A DNA stretch of 64,000 nucleotides from Lingula anatina. Taxonomy: Eukaryota > Animalia > Brachiopoda. The translations under genes were made by a program, and so were the position numbers. The notes beneath the pieces were generated by a model. It was given only the letters and a program-made list of their open reading frames with translations. It was not told the origin of the DNA and searched no databases. The stretch covers positions 24,246,848-24,310,847 of the forward strand of contig CM120643.1 in the NCBI GenBank assembly GCA_051362555.1. The letters are read 5' to 3'. Positions 34,701 to 44,125 of the stretch are shown here, piece after piece (the stretch's first letter is position 1; the number at the start of each line of letters is the position of its first letter).

Positions 34701-37700
34701 CGACCAAATATCCTCAGAAGCTGAATGTTACCCAAAAGTCACACAAACCCCTCCCTCAGCGAATACTGTTTTGTATGCCGACTTTCTGAAAGATCTCCCG
34801 CAGTCCACTCCAACCAAGAAAGCCCAAGAGTCACATAAAGAGGTGACCACTGGTACTGCTAAAAGTGCATCTTCTATACCAGCTGAACAGGATGTCGACC
34901 CACCTGTGTGTCCAGCAACATCCATCGACCATAAACAATGCCTGCCACTGTCTGAAAAAGTAGAAGCTGCGAATGATCAAATGTTTTCAAAGGCCGATAT
35001 GGCACGCGTTGATAACAATGACACAGAGGAAAACAAGCAAGAGTTTGAGACCGTCACCGGGCGCAAGAAAGCGTGGAATAATCCAAAGGGGACCAACAAA
35101 CCACGGCTGAAAAAGACAGTGTCTTTTAATGGTCCCCCTTCCCCAACAGCACGAAAGCAATTAAGATACGATGATGCAGATGTCAACGATTGTCAGTCTA
35201 AGATAACAGGAGACAGATTAGATAAGAAAGATGGAAACGTTCCGGGCAATATTACTCCGAGTGAAAAACAGAAAGCCGAGGTGAACGGAGTTAAAGATCA
35301 CAAAGTAAAACAAGATGATGCGCTCACCCTAGAATCAATTGCCGCAACATTGGCACAGGGGGCCACAGGAACACAGAGCACAGTCAAGGACAAACAAACA
35401 CAGGTCCACAGTACAGCTAGTAGGGTTTTACCACTGAAGGTGATGTCATTGGCAAGAACTCAAGAAGCAACCAAAGGGAAGACACCCAAGGCACTATGTG
35501 CCACTGTCCAGGTGCCTGCGCTGAAGACGCTTGCAAAAGCTCAGCAACCTCTCAAGCAAAAAGCTGCTAAAGTGCCAAACAGGCTGCCTCCCCGGATGAT
35601 AAAGCCTCTTGCAAAAACAAACTTCTGGCAACAAATCGAAAACCAACACTCAGACGGGGACAATACCAATGTGACAGCTGATACAGAGAGGGATGATGAA
35701 GTTGTCACTTCCTCCATGGGCGGACATGTGAATATCAACGAAAATGAGCAAGTTGTGGATGTAGGGCACGAAGAAAACACCGCACACCTCACAGTGCAAG
35801 CAGATGAAGAAAAAATCCTGAATGTTTTTAGTTCTGAGAACACCGATGACAGCAACTTAAAGGGTGAAGCTCCAAGGGTCGACTTTACGCCAAATATAAT
35901 TGAAGACAACTTGGACAAGTGCAACAAGGAGAAGATTGTGAATATCAAGTGTGGAATGGACAGCGACCTAGTGATTGGTGGCCATCGGTGCGTATCACCT
36001 CTGAGCTTTGACGACGGCATGGACAAAAGTAACAAGGAAATAGACCTGACGTATGACAGCCACGCCATAAAATCCAACAGCCAACAGAGAGAGTTTGAAA
36101 GATTCCCGTTTGAAGAAAGCGATCCATATTTGACAGACCCTATAGTTGACGAGAAGGAAAGTAACGGACAGATAGTATTCCCAAGTTTCCACGGTCCGGA
36201 CGTGGTAAACAATGCACTCAGAGCCCAGTTTGGTCAGTTGGCAGACGACAAATTTGGTAGTATAATGTGGGGACAGCAGCGCCACCAACCGTCAGCAATT
36301 GACACTCGCATATTCAACACCTTTACACCACCTCAAGTAAGGACCCTACCTCGACAAGATGGCGTCCAGCAGATACAAGAAGGATCCGTCCCCGATTTCT
36401 TGGCCACCATCTGGCGGGGCTGTCGCGAGCTCCCTTCAGTGCCTCAGCAGCAGTCGCGCCTGCCTATTTTCCAGACGTTGCAAAACAGTTTCCTAGGCCA
36501 TCACAACGCCAACCAGAAAAACATCAGCCAGACAAACATGGCCACCATTGAACCGAAAACGGACGCCGCCGTCATTGTGACCAGCGGCTTGCCTTGGATA
36601 CGAAAGAGTTTGCGATGGGCAGACAAACTGAACTTTTTGGTCGATCTGCCCAATGAATCGATACAGAGAGTTGGCAATATGGTGTTCTGCGAGAACGAGG
36701 ACAAACTCTTCATCACCAACAGGTAGGACTGCCCAAATTAGTGAAATATAACACATGCATAGAATAAACATTTGCAACATTATTTATAAGTGATGATATG
36801 TAAAGAGGTCTTATCATGTCGAGTCAAGTTCCAGAGTGGTATAAATTCAAACTAGTAGCCAAAAGAGTTATATAAATGAAAACCAGATTAGGTGCCGTTT
36901 GTTAAACGTGAAGCAATTTTATGTTGATTATTTAATAAAGAATTATCCTCCCTACGTTTGAACGATATTACAGTGCTCAGCTCTGATAAGTATCGTATCC
37001 TTTAAAAGGGACTCCAGCAGTTCAGTAATGATCGGCCTGCTAGACGACGGGACAGAGGTCGCAGTGAAGAAAATGCCGGTGACCAACCACATCAACCTGG
37101 CAAACACCATGAAGTCACTGATGGGTTCTCAGATGGAACACAGTTACATCCTCAAGTACAGAGTGAGTGCCATCATGTCTTTTAACCATTATTTCGGAAT
37201 TGCAGGTCATTTCAGTTATCTACTAGCTTACTCGTTAACGAAGTTAACGGTAAAGCGGTCGAACAGGTTTCTAATTATAAATTACTAGGGGTTCAGCTGA
37301 ATAATAGGTTAACCTGGGGCGATAACATCACGAAGCTATTGAAAAAGGCACGTCAACGAATGTATTTCTTAAGGAAATTGAAAGCTTTTACCAGAAATGT
37401 GTTTATTTTAACGAACTTTTACAGGTGTGTTTTAGAGAGTATTTTAACTTATTCAGTAACTGTTTGGTATGGACGTGCAACTGTGGAGGAGAGGAACAAG
37501 TTGGAAAAGATCGTCGAAACTGCAGGGATTGTAATTGGAACAGATCTAACTCCCGTCCATACTATATATCTAGACAGGACTAAAAAGAAAACATTATCAA
37601 TAATGACAGACAGTTCCCATCCAGCCCATACCCTTTTTAAATTTTTACCTAGCAATTCGAGACTCTTAGCTTTTAAGGGTAGTAAGCGATTTTTAAATAG

Positions 37701-40120
37701 CTTTTATCCTTCGGCAGTAACTATTTTTAACTCTAACATGTAATTTTAATTTTCATTTTTTATATTTCAATGGCGCTACTACAGGGCAAAAGATTCCCGA
37801 TTTTATACATTTGTATTTTATTGGCTTAATAAATTATTATTATTATTATTATTATTATTATACTCTCGTCCTTTTAAGACACTGTTTTAATAAGTGGACA
37901 AACATTCAAAGGTTGACATATTCGCCACATTTTCCTACAGATTGATGGGTATAAGGGTTATCGTCAAAGGGGTGTACATAAGGTCTTCAATAATTTCAGG
38001 GAAAAAAACACGTAGGAAAAATGTACATGTACACGTTTCAATTCACAGAAAAAGACAATAAGATAACATACAATACAATATACAATAATTTCTGTATTCT
38101 TTCCAGGGGTTTGCCGTCCTGAACAAATATGCTTACATCGCGTCTGACCTGTGTGACTGGACGCTTGACCAGCACATCGATAACATCCGCAGGGAGAAGC
38201 GGTTCAATGAGACCACCGTCCAGCGCCTGGTCTGGCAGCTGCTGAAGGGTCTGGAGCACCTGCACAACAAGTGCCACATGGCACACATGTTTTTAATGGT
38301 ACGGGTATCGGTATTTTTGCCGCTTTACTACCTTGTTCCTAATAGGAATAATGGTCTTCATTGCATGTCTTTTAATCCATCCCCTTGTTTTAATCAAAGT
38401 TTTATTTTTCTATTTGTGCTTTATTTATTTTCGAACTTTTTTTTGGTCGTATTGTATTAATTTGTTATTTTATTCTAACCTAGTTCATGTTAAACATGTA
38501 CTACAATTTTTGTTGCTATTGATTAACAAACTTATTATATTATTATAAAATGTACAAGTAGGCTGGTATAAATTGCATTTTCAAGCTGAAAATCTAAAGA
38601 TCATGCAATGCTCGTACCTGAACGTTATATGTTTTAGTTGTACTTTTTATGCCGGGAATCTATGAACCGATGGAAACCTTGTCTAGCTTTCTAAAAAGGA
38701 TGTTTCACGCCTATACTTCTGTTTCATTTAAGTGATTTAAAAAAAAAATTTTTTTGATTTAATTAAATGCACATTTTCCTGGTTATGATAAAGGGATTTT
38801 ACATTTTTGCTTGTTTTTATATTGCACTACTGCAATAAATACATTTCTTATCGTTTCAGCCGAAGCGAATTCTTATCGACGTCTTCGGCAAAGTTCAACT
38901 CGCTGGGTTCGGCATACTGCGCCCTCAACCTGTGCGACACCCTGGCACGGAGGGTGCCCCGGAAAAATGGGTCGGTACGTATCGTTTGGGTGTTACAGGG
39001 TTTCAGTTGAAGTATTTTAAAAGGGACTCCAGCTGTTTAGTAAAGATCGGTCCGCTAGACCGATATTTTTCCCCGTTTTTCACATAGTTTTAATCAATGG
39101 TTAGAATTTCTAAATCGACCCTTGCTAGATTGAATATTTGTGACTTAATGCTAAATGCTTTCACTGTCATACACATTCAGGAAAAAAGTATGTTTTCCAT
39201 ACTTTCAAATATCAACCATGTAAGTCTATATTTCAACAAACCATCACTCAAACGTTTTGTAGTACGGGCATGTTGTATTGGAACTGATTGAGACTTCAGT
39301 TCATATGACTTCGTTCTCAGGTTAAGTAGTGAGCCAATCAATGCTCGCAGTCAATGCTTCAGGACAGTTGCGCTCTCGGTTTTGTCTGTATTTCTGTATA
39401 CCTGTTTTCTCTTAGATTCCCAGGCTGCCTGGCATCCTACTGAATGCCAAAGTGCCATTAACGGGATGCTTGTGTATAGCAACTACACTATGAAGTCGGA
39501 CGTCCAGGTGGGTCGCGAACTAACTTATGTGGGTCTCTTCTTGGAATGTCTCTCCTTAATCAGCTTGAATTATTTTAATGAATTTATTAAAGCCCACAAA
39601 TATGATTGCTTTTTTCAAACTTCTCTTAAAATCTGAACGTGGGTTAAATGTATTTTTAAGAGTGGTGAAAATTTGAAATTTAACTATTGGCGTTGGGGAT
39701 TGCGACGCCCCGCTGGACTTAATAAAGAATGGCAGCCTGACGCTTTCAGTGCTTAAAGACTGTATCACACCATTTCTCCTCGGTTATAATCTTATTCTTC
39801 TCCTTTATTTATTTGTCTCTATATATTTATCTATTTACCTGAAGGTGGCGGGTATGCTGACCCATTACATTCTCTCGGGTGGTCTGCATCCATTCGGTGC
39901 CAACTTCGTGGACATTCAGCTGAACATCACCCGCTGCTGGCCACGCTGGGTCTTCCTCGGCCACGAGGCCCAGGAGCTCGTGCGGTGCACCCTGATGTCC
40001 AATCCTGAGGAGAGAGTCACCATCTCCGAGGCGCTTAGGCATCCATTCTTCTGGCCGGACAACAAACGCAGTGATTTTTTACAGGCTGTCGGGCTTGAGA
40101 TTGACATAGAGATACAATAC

Positions 40121-40158
<38 letters not shown>

Positions 40159-41129
40159 TCGTGTGTCGGTGCGTACATGTGTGCGTGCCTGTGCTTGCAT
40201 GCGTGTGTTCGCACACGCGTGGAGGGAGAAAATGTTCTATATTATGAAAAAATGAAGTAAATTTACATTACAATTATGTTTCAGCTCACTTACGGACTTT
40301 TTTATCTTTTTTATTTGTTTTTCACTTATTTTCATGTCATATTTCTCAATTTTCACAGGAGCCAGACCTTTCTCCAGCTCAATGAGCGACTTAATAACGT
40401 GGCGTTCAATGCCATCAAGAAAGACTGGGTAGGTTTTGTGGTTGGAAGCAAGGTTCAAATATTCTTTTATTAATATGAACAGTTCGTCAAGGGGCTGATA
40501 CATTAAAAAGAATAAAAACGCAAGTTTTGATTTTCTTTTCCGTACTGTGGCTTTGTGCTTTCAATCAAATCCTAAAGCAAAGTTTGTTGTTTTAGAATTG
40601 GCCTTCAAATTAATTAATTTGCAAAGCTTTTTATATCATAAAAAACTAATGTTGATGTTTTTCCGTCTTATTTCAGCTTTCTGCTATAGATACTGGCTTA
40701 CTTTCTGATCTGCGCAGCTTTGGAGTATTCCAAAACAACATGGCGGACCTTCTTCGGTTTATCTACAGCTGCAAGGTCCATGCCGACAACTTGTGAGTAG
40801 ATTTTATTTTACATATTCCAAGAATCGCAAGAATGCAGACCTTCGTTACAATGAAAAATAAACACTTGAGTGACAAATCTGCCGCGCTTGTTATCCTCAA
40901 CAGGGCCTCCGTACCTCATTTCAACTCTTATTATTTATTAATTAATTAATTATTTATTTTATTTTATATTATCCATTTATTTTCCAGGACTCCTACCAGC
41001 AAGGACATTCTCAAGGACGGCAGCTACTTTCTGCGTACCTTCCCTGCCCTACTGATAGGAGTGTACAGAGTCATCATTCTCACCCCCACTTGGCGCACGA
41101 AACCAATACTTCAAGAGATTCTGAGTTAA
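21452..41129 (+). CDS. Membrane-anchored ankyrin-repeat / pseudokinase / KEN-domain protein (RNase L / IRE1-like), 16 coding exons, ~2,696 aa
   Basis: Exons: 21452-21841 (TM VLFMILISLFLVWYIFL-RK); ankyrin exons 22538-22639, 26497-26595, 26835-26939, 27350-27448, 27690-27791, 28107-28253; giant exon 30835-36722; kinase exons 37009-37162 (GLLDDGTEVAVKK), 38107-38298 (WQLLKGLEHLH), 38860-38974, 39416-39507 (KSDVQ), 39845-40122 (VAGMLTHYILSGGLHPFG...LRHPFFW); KEN exons 40359-40428, 40677-40792 (DLLRFIYSCKVH), 40988-41129 (YFLRTFPALL). Total 8091 nt, divisible by 3, with compatible splice phases. Confidence 0.82.
22676..22750. repeat. (TA)n microsatellite at the LINE 3' junction
   Basis: Pure TA dinucleotide run. 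Confidence 0.95.
22678..26103 (-). mobile_element. 5'-truncated L1/Tx1-clade non-LTR retrotransposon in intron 2 of the RNase L-like gene
   Basis: 12-bp TSD TCTGTATAATAT at 22666-22677 and 26104-26115. On the minus strand the 3' end is AATAAA + A-rich tail + (TA)n. Truncated just after the endonuclease domain (KGKGTWVFNSSLL). Confidence 0.9.
23082..26021 (-). CDS. LINE ORF2 reverse transcriptase (RT + C-terminal zinc finger; endonuclease missing, frameshift near the C-terminus)
   Basis: KSPGSDGFTAEFY, NWRPITLLN, IDFEKAFDSV, GCRQGDPLSP, QYADD, CFICGAEREDLRHVFLNC. The expected tail (YIKTKFELEKY...EWRTWDSIFD*) continues in another frame. Confidence 0.9.
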   Translation of the reverse strand: MSKVKDIIKRTKVQYAVPVYAEENITEIPNEQISFTIDDSLFLEMLLMEIRGMTISHSSFKKKQRDRQELELEREIYVMEMNHPNENSLDELEAKREALKNIRQEKLKGVLVRAKCRWIEEGEKPTKYFCSLESRNYVNKTIQNLELPDGTTIFDQKLILNEAKLFYERLYSSKTNQLEEVDLELFFANLDVPKLSEPDKEYLQTEITSKELLRVLKKMKNNKSPGSDGFTAEFYKFFWNDLHSFINRAVNEIFINEKMMASQNLGIITCIPKADKIRKFIKNWRPITLLNVIYKMISGCIAERMKLYLDKIISNSQSGFIAGRYIGENTRLIYDLMHIAEKKNIPALLILIDFEKAFDSVDWGFIDKFLDFFNFGETIKRWFHILNYDSKASVTQNGHLSEPFKISRGCRQGDPLSPYIFLLCAEILAIMIKNNKDICGIKLGDTEFKITQYADDTTLILDGNRSSFLESFHTLDYFSKISGLHINNSKTKPVWIGSRKYSREVFHHVRWKLDWGSTQFNLLGIEFSVNLNDMVTLNFDKQIPKIEGMIRHWNRRILTPIGRITILKTLIIPMLNHLFIFLPNPDPVFIKKLSSIFFQFIWGSKIDKVKRGQIVKDYEYGGLKMTDLSKFITALKCTWIRRLYLKNNVYNTILQSTFDLQYIWNIFDYGNDYLDILLRNCNNRFWKDVIISWKDLTYGIEDMNSNIALEPLWYNRKVKLGGVSILDKEWYNKGIRIIGDLFNEGKFLTKAELERKFGFQRVCDLKYFGIRNSLKCRLKEKNNEEVFEDILFPYVPQPVQLLLKSRNGCKDFYQVLMSEAPENLVHERKWNLDLNINITWKYVYENCFYVTRETKLQWFQYRIIFRILPVRSYLKRIGIEVSEKCFICGAEREDLRHVFLNCYRIRNIWTEMERLIANKTDERITLYDENILFGVSKTNFKPLNYIILVSKFYIYILVLKEKCSRPSLPFSYISKQNSN
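28637..30599 (-). mobile_element. Non-autonomous pogo/Fot1-like (Tc1/mariner superfamily) DNA transposon in an intron
   Basis: TIRs GGGGAGAGCGGGGTTGGTTGGAAC / GTTCCAACCCACCCCGCTCTCCCC flanked by TA on both sides. Multiple subterminal GTTGGAAC repeats and an internal transposase C-terminal remnant. Confidence 0.88.
29195..29684 (-). pseudogene. Transposase C-terminal remnant with PHD finger
   Basis: IRPFPKA...RRKRCSAVLTDTPE, an in-frame stop, then SDSESEEEWPCLVCGEPF...WVKCIVCLKWSHEDC...[7-nt insertion]YICQNC. No DDE domain. Confidence 0.8.
37240..37862 (+). mobile_element. 3' fragment of a Rex1/Babar-clade LINE in a kinase-domain intron
   Basis: Open frame EVNGKAVEQVSNYKLLGVQL...KKARQRMYFLRKL...FYRCVLESILTYSVTVWYG...DSSHPAHTLFKFLPS...FLNSFYPSAV*, then AATAAA and a (TTA)n tail. 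Confidence 0.82.
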
Positions 41130-41191
41130 TTGTGACAGAGAAGCACATAACCCTATTGCGACAGAAGGGATTTGTTACTGCAACTTTGACT

Positions 41192-41457
41192 GCGTTCCCA
41201 TAAACCTATCGTATTAACTGCATCTATCTAACTCTGCGGGGTTCTCGATGAATTGCTTTCAGTGTAATCAGCTTACTTGTCTGGCACGCCCCCTCGAGTT
41301 ACTAGGAGGCAATTGACTATCGTGAATTACCCCCTAGCAGCTTCATTAGGCGTGCCAGATATTCATATATATTTATCTTATTTCACTGAATGCAAATTAG
41401 AGAGAATCCCCGCAGAGTTAGATCGATCCAGCTAGTGCGATGGGTTTATGGGAACGC
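41192..41457. mobile_element. Palindromic Harbinger-like MITE in the probable 3' UTR of the RNase L-like gene
   Basis: GCGTTCCCATAAACC.ATCG...ATCTAACTCTGCGGGG pairs with CCCCGCAGAGTTAGAT...CGATGGGTTTATGGGAACGC; inner arms TCTGGCACGCC / GGCGTGCCAGA. Confidence 0.7.
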
Positions 41458-43589
41458 TCCCAAGTTTTTTCTAAAATCTACTTCATTTTATTTGGTGCTA
41501 AAGACCCGATACAATATAAATTCATTGAATTCTAAACATGGTATTATTGATTCCGAGGTGCTGTGATAGATTTTTTTCAAATTATGGAGTATTTTATTTT
41601 GCGAGAAATATATATTTTAAAAAGCAGAAAAACCATATGAACAAAAAGCATATCTACAACTGTGACAAAAATTTATTTTGTTTTTTAATATTCGTATCGC
41701 GAGCTATTTTAGATACAATACAGTGTAAGGAGCTGCATGTCTTTTAAATTCAACTTTCCTTTCAACTTTTAAGTTCGGTTTGGTGTTTGTGATGTCCATA
41801 TTATGTACGAACTGTCGAGTTTTCACGTACAGTTTCGTAGAATAGTAATGATAAAAAAAAAACAGAATAAAAGTGCTAATATTATAAACTTTACCTGATA
41901 TACATGCTATAAATACATTTGATATAGATTTTATCTGAAGGGAAATAAAGCTGAAAAGCAAAAACAAAATCCGAGTTCATTCATCTTTTTTTTTTTCAGG
42001 GCAATAATGAGACATTGTCATTTCTGATTCAACAGATCTAGTGTGCCAATATCTTTGTTTCCCCCCTATATTTTGTTGCAAAATTTGATAAAGTAAAATA
42101 AATTAGCAAAACTGAAAAGAGTATTAAGATGTATCCTTTATTTTATAACAACAGGAGTAATACATTATAAAAAAAGATTACCTATTCAAACAAAGCAACA
42201 ACAGTAACTTGACTTGATTTCAAAGGCACTTATCTTCTTATTTGCATTTTCAACGTAACAAAACATTGTTTTAATAGACAAAAATTGATATAACACATGA
42301 TATTGCGTTTCAAAAAACGTAATGCTCACAGTTGTTAAACAATCTTTAAGTAACAAATCAACATTATGAAGATCGTTAAAAGACCATCACCAGTTCCGTG
42401 CGATACTGCAGTATATTATGTTAAATCGTGTGTTTAATTATTGCTGTAAATACCCTCCCTCCCCCCCCTCCTCAACCATCTTGAAATGTCACGTATAATA
42501 AACATAACATAAAATGCTAATACAATATTAGATGAAATATTGCTATGTTCTTCACATTTAGATTTCTGCTATTCTGCAATGACTGGGATTATTATATACA
42601 AAAGCACAATTCTATTTCAATAACTACCGGTGCTAACTCTGCAACCCCCATTGACATTTTGATTTATGCACTTCTGCAATAAGTGGGACTAGCTACGGGG
42701 CTTGCTCGTTTTGATTCGTGCTATTCTGTGTCGCTAAGACTAGTTTCGCAATCAATACACAGACTTCATACGAGCAACGCAATGCAGAAAAGTTTGAACT
42801 GGCCACCAAGTAAAAATTATATATTGTGGGATACTGCACTTAGTGTCAATTTCTCATGCAAAAGTGTGTCGTTTCTGTTATTTTTACTCTTACGAAAGGT
42901 GGTTTCAAACATCAAAGTGGATTTTACTTATATGTCTCCTCAAGGTCTTCAAGAAACAATTTTGACTCGGGGCATGATGGCTAAGGATTCCAAAGACTAG
43001 TCTCTACTTACAACTATTGCCTTGATGAAAATGTATCAAATACATTACCTCAAGAGAACACAAATTAAACAAAGCACGGAACCGAATTGGCTTACCCAAT
43101 CATGCGTTTTTGTGAATAATACTAACTATAGGGGGAGCTAGTTGCCATCAGTTCCTCACAAGGAGCTTAAACTGGTCGATCGTCCCACAGAATTCTTTTC
43201 TTCGTAACATTTCTTCTAGACACTAACAGTTTTGTCCACATCTTATCAAAGTGTTCAAGACATCTTAGACGACATGAGGTGTGCCTTTTTTATAGAAAAC
43301 CAGGAGTAGAACAAGTCTTATTATACAGAGAAAGAAATGACATACAAAGAAAAAAACCTTTGGAATGAACCACGTCTCCATGGAGGTGACTGGTCAAACA
43401 AAGCAACGTCATGTTCACTGGTATTATAAAGACTACTCTTTTTCCATTCTGAAAAGCGGAAGCAAATATTAATCCATCATTGGAAAACGAATCCTCTTGA
43501 ATACACGAGTTTATCAATCTTGAACAATGATGTATAATGCGTTATAATCTGTGCGTTCAACAATATCACAGCGTTGTCTATTCTCTCTG

Positions 43590-44074
43590 TTACTGACAAC
43601 ATTTTAAGACGCGTCCCTTCAGTGGCTGTGGAGGCCTGTAGTTGTCGACCACGTGGCCACAAAACTCGTCGTCTTCACTGGGACAGGTACCAGCCTTGTG
43701 GCTGCGGAGATCGCGCAGTGCATCCAGCTAGGAAGAGAGTTAAAAAGAGACATGAAAGAAGAACATTTCTTACGTTGTTGTACTTATTCTCTACCATTTT
43801 GTTTTGTTATTTTCTTTTGATCATCTTTTTGATGGCATATCCATTAAGGCGCATGAAATTAAAGTAAATTTAGCTTTCTTCGTATGAATCTACAAATATT
43901 CATCTAAAAATAAGCAGGCGTAAAGTATTCCAATTTCTTATATTTTATAGATACATGTATAGTTGTAATTTCCACCATTACAAATAAAACATATTTCGTA
44001 AGGTAAAATTATATTTGTAGGCGTACGGATAGTAATCTTAAGCATTTGATATTTGCATTTGGTGCCTATAATAT

Positions 44075-44125
<51 letters not shown>

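Noticed and set aside
30916-36726. 1936-aa ORF as a standalone gene
   Set aside because: It starts at GTG, the frame extends upstream to an acceptor at 30834/30835, and it ends at a donor (AG|GTAGGA) in phase with the kinase exon, so it is an internal exon.
30847-36780. Numerous minus-strand and alternative-frame ORFs
   Set aside because: Antisense shadows of the long coding exon with no recognisable motifs.
36600-41129. Canonical IRE1 orthologue
   Set aside because: No luminal sensor domain or juxta-kinase TM, ankyrins lie upstream, and the catalytic motifs are lost.
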